A DNA stretch of 64,000 bases. It comes from Phyllobates terribilis. Lineage: Eukaryota. Made by a program: the position numbers and the translations under genes. This document shows, piece by piece, positions 11,246-24,163 of this stretch. The stretch is taken from NCBI RefSeq assembly GCF_046119375.1, contig NW_027362761.1:63178001-63242000 (forward strand), in the 5' to 3' direction. A model generated the notes under the pieces. That model was given only the letters and a program-made list of their open reading frames with translations, did not search any database and was not told the origin of the DNA. The stretch's first letter is position 1. Each line of letters begins with the position of its first letter.

Positions 11246-14200
11246 AATTATTATTATTATTTATTTATATAGCACCATTGATTCCATGGTGCTGTACATG
11301 AGAAAAGGGTTTCATACAAAATACATATATCACTTACAGTAAACGAACTAACAATGACAGACTGGTACAGAGGGAAGAGGACCCTGCCCTTGCGGGCTTA
11401 CATTCTACTGGATGATGGGGAAGGGGACAGTAGGTTGGGGAGTTGCAGCAGCTCTGGTGGTGGTGATGCGGCAGCGTGGTTAGTTCAGGCTGTAAGCGTT
11501 TTTGAAGAGATGGGTTTTCAAGTTCCGTCTGAAGGATCGAAATGTGGCGGATAATTGGATGCATTGGGGCACAGAATTCCAGAGGATAGGGGATATTCAG
11601 GAGAAGTCTTAGAGGCGATTGGGTGAGGAACGAAAAAGTGTGGAGGAGAAAAGGAGGTCTTGGGAGCACCAGAGATTACTCGAGGGAAGACATCTTTTTA
11701 ACATATTTATTAATGACCTTGTAGGGGGCATACAGAGTAATATTTCAATATTCGCATGTGACACTAAACTCTGCAGGGTAATCAATACAGAGGAGGACAA
11801 TTTTATATTACAGGAGGATCTACGTAAACTAGAAGCTTGGGCTGATAAATGGCAAATGAGCTTTAATGGGGATAAATGTAAGGTAATGCACTTGGGCAGA
11901 GGAAATAAAATGTATAATTATATGCTTAATTGTAAAACACTGGGCAAAACTGTCACTGAAAAAGACCTGGGTGTATTGGTGGACGACAAGCTCACGTTTG
12001 GTGGCCAGTGTCAGGCAGCTGCTGCAAAGGCAAATAAAATAATGGGATGTATTAAAAGAGGCATAGATGCTCAAGAGGAGAACATAATTTTACCTCTATA
12101 CAAGTCACTAGTGCGACCACATTTAGAATACTGTGCACAGTTCTGGTCTCTGGTGTATAAGAAAGACATAGCTGAACTAGAGCGGGTGCAGAGAAGAGCG
12201 ACCAAGGTTATTAGAGGACTGTGGGGTCTGCAATATCAAGACAGGTTATTACACTTGGGGTTATTTAGTGTGGAAAAAAGAAGGCTTAGGGGTGATCTTA
12301 TTACTATGTACAAGTATATGAGGGGACAGTACAAAGACCTTTCTACTGATCTTTTTACTCTGAGGCCTGAGACGGGGACAAGGGGGCATCTTCTATGTCT
12401 GGAAGAAAGAAGGTTTAAATCATAATCACAGACGCGGATTCTTTACTGTAAGAGCAGTGAGACTATGGAACTCTCTACCGCATGATGTTGTAATGAGTGA
12501 TTCACTGTTAAAATTTAAGAAGGGCATGGATGCCTTTCTTGAAAAGTATAATATTACAGGTTATATATACACACTAGATTCCTTGATAGGGCGTTGATCC
12601 AGGGAACTAGTCTGATTGCTGTATGGAGTCAGGAAGGAATTTTTTTCCCCCAATGTGGAGCTTAGTGTTTGCCACAAGGTTTTTTTTTGCCTTCCTCTGG
12701 ATCAACATGTTAGGCTATGGGTTGAACTAGATGGATTTAGTCTTCCTTCAACCTTAAAAACTATGTTACTATATAGGGAGATTAGTTCGGAGATGTACGG
12801 AGGGGAAAAGCTTATGGATGGATTTGTAGGTCAGTGTTAGTAGTTTGAACTGGATATGCTGGGGAATTGGGAACCATTGAAGGGATTTGCAAAAGGGGTT
12901 AGAAGAGGAGTAGCGAGGCGAGAGATTAACTAGTCGGGCAGCAGAGTTAAGGACGGATTGGAGAGGGGCAAAACAGTTAGCAGGTAGGCCACAGAGGTGG
13001 ATGTTGCAGTAGTTGAAGCGGGAGATGATGTGGGCATGCACAAGCATTTTAGTATATTGAGGGTTTAGGAAAAGACAGATTCTGGGAATATTTTTGAGCC
13101 AGAGGCGACAGGACGTGGCAACAGCTTGGATGTGCGGTTTGAAGGACAGGGCAGAGTCAAGGGTTACTCCGAGGCAGCGGATTTCCAGTACAGGGGAAAG
13201 CGTGATGTCATTTATTGTGATATTGTGATCAGGTGGGGAAGATGTGTGAGATGGAGGAAAGATGAGGAGTTCAGATTTGTCCACATTGAGCTTGAGGAAG
13301 CGAGAGGAGAAGGAGGATATGGCTGAGAAGACATGCCGGGATTTTGGACAGCAGAGAGGTGACATCTGGGCCAGAGAGGTAGATTTGAGTGTCATCAGCG
13401 TACAGATGGTACTGGCAGCCATGGGACTTGTTGTCCCAGGCCAAGGGTATAGATGGAGAAGACTAGTGGTCCTATGATGGAGCCTTGAGGGACTCCCGGC
13501 AGAGAGAGGGCAGGATGAGGAGGTAGTGTGGGAGTGGGAGAGGCTAAATGTCTGGTTGGAAAGGTATGAGGAGATCCAGGATAGGGCATGGTCTTTAACA
13601 CCAAAGGAAGAGAGGATCTGTAGTATGAGGCAGTGGTCAACTGTATCAAAGGCAGAGGCCAGATCAAGAAGAAGGAGCAAAGAGAATTATCTGCTTTGGC
13701 TGTAAGCAAGTCATTAGTAATTTTGGTCAGGGCAGTTTCGGTGGAATGGTGGGGATGGAAGCCAGAGGTGAGAAGAAAGATCATGTGAACATGTTGCTCA
13801 AGGAGTTTGGAGGCAAATGGGAGCAGCTGTATGGGGCGGTAGCTGGACAATGCGGTTGGGTTGAGGGATGGCTTTTTGAGGATGGGCATGATTGTGGCAT
13901 GTTTGAAAGCAGAGGGGAAGTTACCAAAATTTAGTGACAGGCTGAAGAGATGAGTTAGGAATGGAAGGAGTGTGGGGGTGAGGTTGGGGAGGAGGTGGAA
14001 TGGGGGTCAAGTGCTCAAGTGGTGAGATTTGATTTGGAGAGGAGATGCGCTCCTTCAGTGATGTTGGAGGGGGAGGTTATGGGGGAAGGGCATTGGTCTT
14101 GTAAACAAAGGAGTAGTGGTGGTCAAACAATAAAGACTTGCCTTGTTTGGTCAATCTTGTTTTTGAAGTGTGTGGCAAAGTCCTCAGCAGAGAGGAGAGA

Positions 14201-14770
14201 GGTCGGAGGGGGCAGTGGTGGGTGGAGGGAGTTAAAAGTGTTAAATAACTGTTTGGGGTTGTAGGAGAAGGAAGATATGAGGGTTGTGAAGTAGGCCTGT
14301 TTAGCAGAGGTGAGGGCTGATTTGAATGCAAGTGTTGCTTGTTTGAATGAAGTGAAGTCATCTTGCAAATGTGTTTTCTTCCAATGCTGCTCTGCCACCC
14401 TGGATATTTGCTGAAGCTTTTTAGTGAGGTTATTGTGCCAGGATTGTCTATTGATTCGTCGCATTCTGTCATGCACGAGAGGGACAACCGAGTCAATAGC
14501 TGATGCAAGAGTGGCATTGTAGAAAGAAATGGTGCTGTCTGTGTCATGGAGTGAGGATATGGATGCCAGTGGTAGAATAGAGTCAGAGTGTGTAGGTGTC
14601 TAGATGTGCGAGGTTTCTGCGGGGGTGCGCTAGTTGCTGAACATGGGTGGCAGGTCAGGAGGACAGGGATGAGAACATGAGTAGATGGTTGTCAGAGCAG
14701 GGTCGGGTGAATATAAGGTTCAATGTATGTTAGTCTGTGTGGGTGGCTGAAGAAGACCTGAATGAAGTAG
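11246..14770 (-). mobile_element. L2-clade LINE (ORF2 remnant, frameshifted), interrupted by CR1
   Basis: Minus-strand ORF pieces 14123..14476, 13395..13889 (PILKKPSLNPTALSSYRPIQLLPFASKLLE) and 12769..13680 (LLDLASAFDTVDH, LGVTLDSALSF) are L2 RT. The 3' end with an (AAT)n tail is at ~11246-11300. Confidence 0.9.
11695..12772 (+). mobile_element. CR1-clade LINE, 5'-truncated
   Basis: ORF 11619..12425: FNIFINDL…FACDTKL (FADD variant), WQMSFNGDKCKVMHLG, YKSLVRPHLEY, LERVQRRATK, RRLRGDLIT. CR1-type 3' end …AACTATGTTACTAT. Confidence 0.9.
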
Positions 14771-15073
14771 ACAGTCACGCTATGCTTTAACATCATTTTC
14801 AGCAGAATCCACATATCTGAGGCAGGCTTCGACTTTGGTGCCTGCCCAAATAGGTGCATACTGTAGAAAAGGACTAGTAGATACAACATGATGTGTACAT
14901 AACCTTATCTGGCTAAGCAACAAAAGGATGGGATATGTTGAAATTTCAGATGCCTGAACCTTCGCCACCACCCCCATTTACAGCATCTCCTAGGGTAAAG
15001 TCAGGAGGCTCCCACACACATTAGATGGCCCGACATTAATTTATTGTCTATGGCCAGCTGTATTTAAAAAAAA

Positions 15074-15076
<3 letters not shown>

Positions 15077-15133
<57 letters not shown>
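15077..15133. repeat. (CA)n microsatellite
   Basis: Uninterrupted AC run. Confidence 0.95.
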
Positions 15134-15136
<3 letters not shown>

Positions 15137-15607
15137 AATTGCATATCTACAAGTTAAATCTTCCCACCAACCCAAAAATCGACAATACAGATTGAACAGG
15201 ATCTATTCAACAAATGATCTAAAAACAGAATAAATAGATATGAAAAGGATATGTAAAATGAGGTGTCCATATTTAACATGGTCAAAAACAGAAAGGCCAC
15301 AATATTGGAGACACTCATCTAGTAGTTTTTGGATCCTTTGGCTATCAGAACCTCAGCAATTGTCGTGACCCACGTGGACAGGAAAGCTTCTCACAGTTGC
15401 CACAAATTAAATGGAGGTTCTAAAATGCTCTGATCAGTTTCCTTTACCTCACCCCTCTATACAACTAAGATAAGGGGATTGTGAAGGCCAGCAAAGCCGT
15501 AAAAACTCGCTGTCATTTTCCTGGAAGAGTTCCATAACATACAACCCTTTTGGTGGGGTTGTATGTTATGCATGGTCCTGCAAAAGTGTCCTTTCGCAAT
15601 AAGGAAG

Positions 15608-18164
15608 CGTGACAGAGTGAGGGGAGGTATGCTTCACCACGGCTGCTAGCCTTAGCAAACTGAACCTACAACTATTCCCCAGCATGTTATATGTTGGGGG
15701 TTAAATCACCAAAAGGGAGTGTTTTTTTGTAAATGACCATTGTGAAGGGTGGGAGGTCATTCACCATACCTCTCCAATCAGGGGAGTGACTGGGCTTTAA
15801 ATAGCCAGCCTTGACACTCAGGTGTGGTCAGTACCTGGAGGCCAGCTCCAGAGAGAGTTCATGTTGGTTTGTGCTAAACTGAACCGTGAGGATCTCTGTT
15901 GCTGATCCCGAGTGGCCGGACCCTGGCCGGGTGCAAGGACTTTGCTGGACACTAAGTTTGTTTTGCCATTATGCCAGATGGGCTATATTTATGTTTCATG
16001 AACTTTGCGTTTGTTTATGCCACTAAATAAACCAACTAAAAAATTTAAAAAAAGAGACAGTGTCACTAGTTTAACACCGCCAAGTCGCTTTACCACAGTT
16101 GGTGCGAGAGTGCGTGCAAGATTCCAGGACCATGTGTACCTGCCACAGAGACCGGTGGATGTCCTGGGTAAAGGCCGCCAGCCAGCCAGAGAAGTCAGAC
16201 AGTATGGAGGACCTGCTTAAGCATCGGTTGCAGTCACAGCAGACGCAACAAATGCAGCAGCAGCAAGCGCAGCACCAGCAGCAGCTACAGCAACAGTAAG
16301 TGCAGTACCAGCAGGTGCAGTACCAGCAGCAGCAGCAATCGTGACCTGTTCTCAGAGCTGCCGGAGCGTACACAGGTGGTAGAGAATGATGTATTAACAG
16401 AACCGCAAGTAAGAGTGAACCTGAAGCTCGTCGGGAGGTGAGTGATCTCATCTGAGGTGAAAAGGATGTTAGACCTCGGAGTGATAGAGGAATCAAAGAG
16501 TGGGTGGTCGAGTCCTATCGTTCTCGTGCCAAAACCCAAAAGGGTAATGGAGGTTTTGCAAGGTCTACCGTCGGCCAAGTGTGACGCATACCCGATGCCC
16601 CGCGTCTATGAACTCATCGAGAGGCTTGGACCTGAGAGGTATATTACCACTCTTGACCTAACGAAGGGCTATTGGCAGATCCCCATGTCCCAGAGGGCCA
16701 AGGACAAGACGGCGTTCGACACCTGATGAGTCTTTCCAATACACCCGAATGCCTTTCGGACTGCAGGGGCCCCAGCCACCTTCCAGAGGGCCATGGATTG
16801 GATCCTAGCCCCACATAAATATGCCACAGCCTACCTTGACATTGTGATCTTTAGCCCAGACTGGGCTAGTCATCTGCCGTAGGTACAGGCGATTCTGGAT
16901 GCTCTGAGGAAGGCGCGGTTTACTATGATTCCAAAAAAATGTGCCGTTGAAAAGGAAGAGGTCAAGTACTTGGGCTATGTCGTCAGGAGAGGTGAAATTA
17001 AGCCACAAGTCAATAAAGTCGAGGAAATCCAGAACTGGCCGCAACCACTCTCCAAGAAGCAAGTGAGAGCGTTTCTGGGTATCGTGGGGTATTAACGGCG
17101 GTTTATCCCAAATTTTGCCATGATGGATGCGCCACTTACGGATCTCCTCAAAGCCACCAAGTCAACGATGGTGAAATGGACGGATGAAACGGAGACGGCG
17201 TTCCAACAGATGAAGCTGGCACTGAGTAAGCAGCCGGCCCTGGTCACACCAGACTTTGAGAAGGAATTCGTGGTCCAGACAGACGCTTCAGAAGTTGGCC
17301 AAGTAGCCATGCTCTCTCAAGAGATAAATGGGGAAGAACATCCCATTCTCTGAGCCGGAAGTGCTCTTCCTGCGAGAAGAACTACGCGATAGTGGAAAAA
17401 GCGTGCTTAGCCATAAAATGGGCCATAGATACACTTAGACATTACCTATTAGGCCGGAAGGTCATGCTCATGTCAGATCATGCCCCTTTGAGGTGGTTGA
17501 GGAAAAGAAGGGTAAGAATGCCCAGGTAACTAGGTGGTTCTTAGGTCTCCAGGACTTTAATTTCCACGTGGAACATAGGCCCAGGAAGTTACATGGCAAT
17601 GCAGATGTCCTCTCTAGAATTCCCTGTCTGGTGTCTGAAGGTGCCCAAACCCCCAGCTTTGGGTAGAGGGGGGGGTATTTGTGACAGAGTCACTGGTGTT
17701 ATATGTGAGGGGAGGTATGTTTCGCTACGGCAGCTAGCCTTAGCGAACTGAACCTACAACTATTCTCCAGCAAGTTATATTTTGGGGGTTAAATCACCAA
17801 AAGGGAGTGTTTTTTGTGAATAACCATTGTGAAGGGTGAGAGGTCAATGACCATACCGCTCCAATCAGGGGGAGTGACTGGGCTTTAAATGGCCAGCCTT
17901 AACACTCATGTGTGGTTAGTACCTAGAGGCCAGCTCCAGAGAGAGGAGCTCGTGTTGGTTTGTGCTAAACTGAACCGTGAGGATCTCTGTTGCGGACCTT
18001 GAGTGGCCGGACACTTTCTTAAGTTTGTTTTGCCATTATGCCAGATGGGCTACGTTTATGTTTCATGCGTTGGTTTATGCCGCTAAATAAACCAACTGAA
18101 AATTTAAAAAAGACAGTGTGACTTGTTTACCTAAGCATACAGCCAAGTAAGTCGCTTTGCCACA
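15608..18164 (+). mobile_element. Gypsy LTR retrotransposon, internally deleted, two LTRs
   Basis: 5' LTR ~15608-16097 and 3' LTR 17680-18164 (TGTGACAG…CCACA); 4-bp TSD GAAG; polypurine tract before 17680. Gln-rich gag start (MEDLLKH…), RT pieces (VIEESKSGWSSPIVLVPKP, TTLDLTKGYWQIP) and RNase H (FVVQTDASEVG). Confidence 0.9.
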
Positions 18165-18566
18165 GAAGGAATGGAAAAAAAAAAATAAAAAAAATGACAC
18201 CTACAGGTTCCCTTATTCCTAGATCTTAACCCCCCCCCTCAAACAAACCACATTCTTGGTATATTCATGACACCAAGTAAGAAAACCCCCACAGGGTTGA
18301 TCATTCTGATCATGCCTTGATTGAAGTCATTCCAATTGCACTATTTTTCTATTCTAATGTGTATTCAGGCCAAAACTGATACATAAAAACTCACTTGATT
18401 TTATGTTGCATTTCAACTATATTTATGCTGTGTTCTGCTCCTTGCTTAAAAGAGGCAGGTATATATTTAAGTTGTCGTTTGTATTACCTAGCCCATTTTG
18501 TACACAATCTGTCTTGCTACATTCCTTTCCACACTTTCGTTCCTGCACCATCGTGGACTTAGGGAG

Positions 18567-18567
<1 letters not shown>

Positions 18568-18654
<87 letters not shown>
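18568..18654. repeat. (GT)n microsatellite
   Basis: About 43 uninterrupted GT units. Confidence 0.95.
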
Positions 18655-18655
<1 letters not shown>

Positions 18656-19192
18656 AGCGTTTTAGTGCTATTTAGGCAGAACCTTACCAGGGATATTAGG
18701 GAGAGCCGTATAGATCAGGGACATATAGGTTTATCTTGACTGTGATCAGTCTCTTTTTAGTTTTGAGAATACACTAATATCACATGTATTTTTGTACACT
18801 TTTTTTTTTTTTTTTTTTTTTAGTATTGCTGAATTTTAACTAGATCAAATTTAGCAATTTTTAAAGTGAATATATGTACACTTGTTTTTGACTTCTTTTT
18901 CATGACACATTCTTGACGACAATTTCAGCTAGACAATCTCCCACTGCCCTTACACAATGAAGGGGTCTGACAGAGATTACTAGCTAATCCAAAAGTTGCT
19001 AACTCATCTACTAAACAAAAGCAGACCTTGAATTTATGATGTAGCGCCTTGAGACAAACGGCAGTCAGAACTGTTTTTGGATAGATGTCAAATGGTATAC
19101 AGTTACCATCCAAGATTTTGGAATAAGCTTGATAAAGCAATCATGATTCACAGGGCATGGTGGAAATTTCTTCTAAATTTGCTACTAATATA

Positions 19193-20679
19193 CAGGTGCA
19201 GCTCATTAAATGAGAATATCATCAAAAAGTTATTTTATTTCAGTTCTTCAATACAAAAAGAGAAACTCATTATATAGAGTCATTACAAACAGAGTGATCT
19301 ATTTCAAGTGTTTATTTCTGTTAATGTTGAGGATTATGGCTTACAGTCATTATTTCAGTAAATTAGAATACTTTATAACAGCTTGAAAATGATTTTAACA
19401 TCCGAAATGTTGGCCTACTGAAATGTATGTTCAGTGAATGCCCTCAATACTTGGTCAGGGCTCCTTTTGCATCAATGTGGCGTGGCATGGAGGCGATCAG
19501 CCTGTGGGACTGCTGAGGAGTTATGGAAGCCCAGGTTGCTTTGATAGCAACCTTCAGCTCGTCTGCATTGTTGGGTCTGGTGTCTCATCTTCCTCTTGGC
19601 AATACCCCATAGATTCTCTATGGGGTTAAGGTCAGGCGAGTCTGCTGGCCAAACAAGCACAGGGATACTGTTGCTTTTAAACCAGGTATTGGTACTTTTG
19701 GCAGTGTGGACAGGTGCCAAAAAGCTTGTCGGCAGAGGGAAGCATGAAGTGCTCTAAAATTTCCTGGTAGACGGCTGCGCTGACTTAGGTCTTGATAAAA
19801 CACAGTGGACCTACACAAACAGATGACATGGCTCCCCAAACCATCACGGATTGTGGAAACTTCACACTAGACCTCAAGCAGCTTGGATTGTGTGCCTCTC
19901 CACTCTTCCTCCAGACTCTGGGACCTCGAGTCCAAATGAAATGCAAAATTTACTTTCATCTGAAAACACCACCTTGGACCACTGAGCAACAGTCCAGGTC
20001 TTTTTCTCCTTGGCCCAGGTAAGATGCTTCTGGCGTTGTCTATTGGTCATGATTGGCTTGACACAAGGAATGCGACACTTGTAGCCCATGTCCTGGATAC
20101 GTCTGTGTGTGGTGGCTCTTGAAGCAATGACTCCAGCACCAGTCCACGCTTTGTGAATCTCTCCCAAATTTTTGAATGGCCTTTTCTTAATCCTTTCAAG
20201 GCTGTGGTTTTCCCGGTTGCTTGTGCACCTTTTTCTACCACACTTTTTCCTTCCACTCAACTTTCCATTAATATGCTTGGATACAGCACTCTGTGAACAG
20301 CCAGCTTCTTTAGCAATGACCTTGTGTGGCTTACCCTCATTGTGGAGTGTGTCAATGACTGCCTTCTGGACATCTGTCAATTCAGCAGTCTTCCCCATGA
20401 TTGTGGAGCCTACTGAAACAGACTAAGGGACCTTTTTAAAAGAAGCTTAGGAAGGCTTTTCAGGTGTTTTTTGTTAATTATTTTAAATTTACTGAGATAA
20501 TTTATTTTGAGTTTTCATTGGCTGTAAGCCATAATCCTCAACATTAACAGAAATACACACATGAAATAGATCACTCTGTTTGTAATGACTCTATATAATA
20601 TAGGAGTTTCACTTTTTGTATTGAAGAAACAAAATAAAGTAACTTTTTGATGATATTCTAATTTAGTGAGATGCACCTG
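19193..20679 (-). mobile_element. Tc1-like transposon, defective
   Basis: TA|CAGGTGCA…TGCACCTG|TA with long TIRs. Minus ORF 19874..20398 (MGKTAELTDVQKAVIDTLH…VVFSDESKF) and piece 19472..19720 ([12 protein letters not shown]). Frameshifts are present and the FQQD segment appears deleted. Confidence 0.9.
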
Positions 20680-21330
20680 TATCACTTAATGATCCAGGTT
20701 CTCCTTAGAGAGCATCAATCTTACAAAAAAAAAAATCAAAGCCGAAGTATCTAAATATATGTAGTTTATTAAAAAGTACCGTAATTGTTCAGCATCTTCC
20801 TAAACCAAATACATTTATTTTTTAGATTTCTAGTCAAAATTGAGACAGCCCTCTCCTGGAGGAGACTATTGTAAGATTGCTGTTGTCTTTACTCTCTCAT
20901 TTTAATGTCATACTCTACCCCCCCCCCCCAACCACTCCCTATAGACTACGACGCCACAATTACGAGGGGCATGTAACTTACCTCCTACTAAAGAAAATGG
21001 AAAAGGATGGTAACTTTAGATAGTACCTATATAACATGTTTGTAGGGGGATATAAGCTTTCTATGACTTTAGCTATAATCCTTGTAAGTTCATACAAATG
21101 CAAAAAATTGCTATGCAAATTTCTCCATTGCATGACCGTTCTCAAATGCTCAGCCTGTTTGTCACCCCATTTTTTTTTTTTTTTTTGAGAGCAGATTCGT
21201 AAAGATGCAAGGGATAGCCAATACTACTACTACTGACTCCATTTACCACGTAGGCAGCATAATAATCCAAAAGTACAAAATACATGTCCATGACAGGTCA
21301 ACGTAATAATCAATAACACACGGCTCTCAC

Positions 21331-22400
21331 CTGTAATTGAACTGTTTATCACAGAAGCTACACTGGAGAAGGTTCACTCCTGGATCATCCTGGTGATTTA
21401 GAAACTCTGAGTATGTCAATAGTAGTTCACATCTGTCACATTTGTGTACTATTCCAGCAAGGTTTTCGCTCCCATCTACGCTTTCCATTGCATTCGCATT
21501 CTCCAATCCAACTATGGTAGAATAGATAGTAGGCTTGAGTGGCTCTTCTTGTAACCTCAAGTCATTCAAAGCTCCTGAACCATCAGGAGTATCAGCATCA
21601 TCACATAAATTAATGCAAATATCCGCGGCTTCATCATCGGCTTCTTCTGAAGAACCATCATTGTGAATTGTAATAGGCACGTGTCTGTTATAGCCAGGGT
21701 TAATATAGGAGTTTTCTGGACTGTCACCCACAGGGCTCTCTCTCCCCAATCGTCCAGGCTTTGAAAGTTGTGTCCGCATATAGTATCCAGGCTTTCGAAC
21801 AACATATGTTTCTTTATAAAACGTTGGCCTTTTTTGTATCTTGGTTTTATCTTTTATTGGAGCCATGGTTTCCATCAGTCTTCTTTCCCCCTTATACAGA
21901 CTGTTGTTAATCTGAAGGTTATCCTGCCGGATTCTCTCTCGTCTCGGTTGGCTCTCAATTTCTCTCAACGCCAAATCCCGATTTGGCACACCATAATCAT
22001 CATCGTCTGGGACGCAGATTTCTTCCTTTGGACTAATGTTATGTGGACTACTGGATACATTGACCACTTGAACTGTGAGCGGGAGACTAACTTGCAACAG
22101 CTGGGCAGCCTGCATAAAGTCTTGCACATGACAAGTAGGGATTTTGTATGTATATATAAAATCTAGAAGATGACTGAAACCCTCCAAGCTCACATTGTCC
22201 AGAACCAAAAACTGCTGCTGCTCATTTCTGCTTAGTGCTGCATAGAAATACTCACTACACGCAGAAAGAACATTTTTATGAGCAAGAAAGATTTTACCCT
22301 CAACCATCAAGGAAACGTCACAAAAAAGGCCCATTGATTTTTGTTCATTCAATTTCTGGAGAATAGACCACCCATGTGCTTCTGGAGACATAGGATCCAT
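21331..22400 (-). CDS. ZBTB-type gene, first coding exon (BTB/POZ domain, acidic linker, start of zinc finger 1)
   Basis: First ATG at 22400 (in-frame stops upstream): MDPMSPEAHGWSILQKLNEQKSMGLFCDVSLMVEGKIFLAHKNVLSACSEYF…FSHLLDFIYT, a typical BTB. Acceptor ttttgtag| at 22465 (exon starts 22464); donor AG|gtgaga at 21331/21330. Confidence 0.9.
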
Positions 22401-22597
22401 GCTGTTTGTGCAATTTGAAGAGGACAAGTTAAACTACTGTCAGTTAAAAATTGAGGCACTAAACCTACAAAAAAAACAAAAAAAAACATTTTTTAGACAT
22501 TTTTCTTATAACATATATATTGAGGTTTGTTTTTCTACACATTTCTTTGCCATCATAGGTTTCTAGATACATTTTTGCTAAATATTTGCCAAGTATA

Positions 22598-24163
22598 CAC
22601 TGTGTGCAGAATTATTAGGCAAATGAGTATTTTAATCATTTTGATACTTTTTATACACGTTGTCCTACTCCAAGCTGCATAGGCTTGAGAGCCAACTACC
22701 AATTAAGTAAATCTGGTGATGTGCATCTCTGTAATGAGGAGGGGTGTTGACTAATGACATCAACACCCTATATAAGGTGTGCTTAATTATTAGGCAACTT
22801 CCTTTCCTTTGGCAAAATGGGTCAGAAGAGAGATTTGACGGGCTCTAAAAAGTCCAAAATTGTGAGATGTCTTGCAGAGGGATGCAGCAGTCTTGAAATT
22901 TCCAAACTTTTGAAGCGTGATGACCGAACAATCAAGCGTTTCATGGCAAATAGCCAACAGGGTCACAAGAAGCGTGTTGGCCAAAAAATGCGCAAAGTAA
23001 CTGCCCATGAATTGAGGAAAATCAAGCGTGAAGCTGCCAAGATGCCATTCGCCACCAGTTTTGCCATATTTCAGAGGTACAACGTTACTGGAGTATCAAA
23101 AAGCACAAGGTGTGCGATACTCAGGGACATGGCCAAGGTAAGGAAGGCTGAAAAACGACCACCTGTGAACAAGAAACATAAGATAAAACGTCAAGAATGG
23201 GCCAAGAAATATCTTAAGACTGATTTTTCAAAGGTTTTATGGACTGATGAAATGAGAGTGACTCTTGATGGGCCAGATGGATGGACCAGAGGCTGGATCA
23301 GTAAAGGGCAGAGAGCTCCACTCCGACTCAGACGCCAGCAAGGTGGAGGTGGGGTACTGGTATGGGCTGGTATCATCAAAGATGAACTTGTGGGACCTTT
23401 TCGGGTTGAGGATGGAGTGAAGCTCAACTCCCAGACCTACTGCCAGTTTCTGGAAGACAAGTTCTTCAAGCAGTGGTACAGAAAGAAGTCGGTATCGTTC
23501 AAGAAAAACATGATTTTCATGCAGGACAATGCTCCATCACATGCATCCAACTACTCCACAGCGTGGCTGGTCAGTAAAGGTCTAAAAGAAGAAAAAATAA
23601 TGACATGGCCCCCTTGTTCACCTGATCTGAACCCCATAGAGAACCTGTGGTCCATCATAAAATGTGAGATCTACAGGGAGGGAAAACAGTACACCTCTCG
23701 GAACAGTGTCTGGGAGGCTGTGGTGGCTGCTGCACGCAATGTTGATCGAAAACAGATCAAGCAACTGACAATCTATGGATGGAAGGCTGTTGAGTGGCAT
23801 CATAAAGAAAGGTGGCTATACTGATCACTAATTTTTTTTGGTTTTTGTTTTTGCGTGTCATAAATGTTTATTTCTAAATTTTGTGCACTGATATTGGTTT
23901 ACCTGGTGAAAATAAACAAGCGAGATGGGATTATATTTATTTTTTATTAAGTTGCCTAATAATTCGGGACAGTAATAGTTACCTGCACAAACAGATATCC
24001 TCCTAAGATAGCCAAATCTAAAAAAGAACAAAAAACTCCAACTTCCAAAAATATTAAGCTTGGATATTTATGAGTCTTTTGGGTTGATTGAGAACATAGT
24101 TGTTGATCAATAATAAAAATAATCCTCTAAAATACAACTTGCCTAATAATTCTGCACACAGTG
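22598..24163 (+). mobile_element. Tc1-like transposon with DD37E (TRT-type) transposase, near intact
   Basis: TA|CACTGTGTGCAGAATTATTAGGCAA…TTGCCTAATAATTCTGCACACAGTG|TA. 335-aa ORF 22817..23824 with WTDE…MQDN-x37-E(NLW); C-terminal frameshift only. Confidence 0.92.

Noticed and set aside
16071-16496. Cys-rich 141-aa minus-strand ORF
   Set aside because: It is the antisense reading of the CAG-rich Gypsy gag start.
16723-16745. CTGATGAG as a hammerhead core
   Set aside because: It lies within Gypsy RT coding sequence, with no stem II-GAAA or stem I pairing.
22401-22427. ORF-track N-terminus MSSSNCTNS of the BTB protein
   Set aside because: The track starts at TTG; the first real ATG is at 22400.
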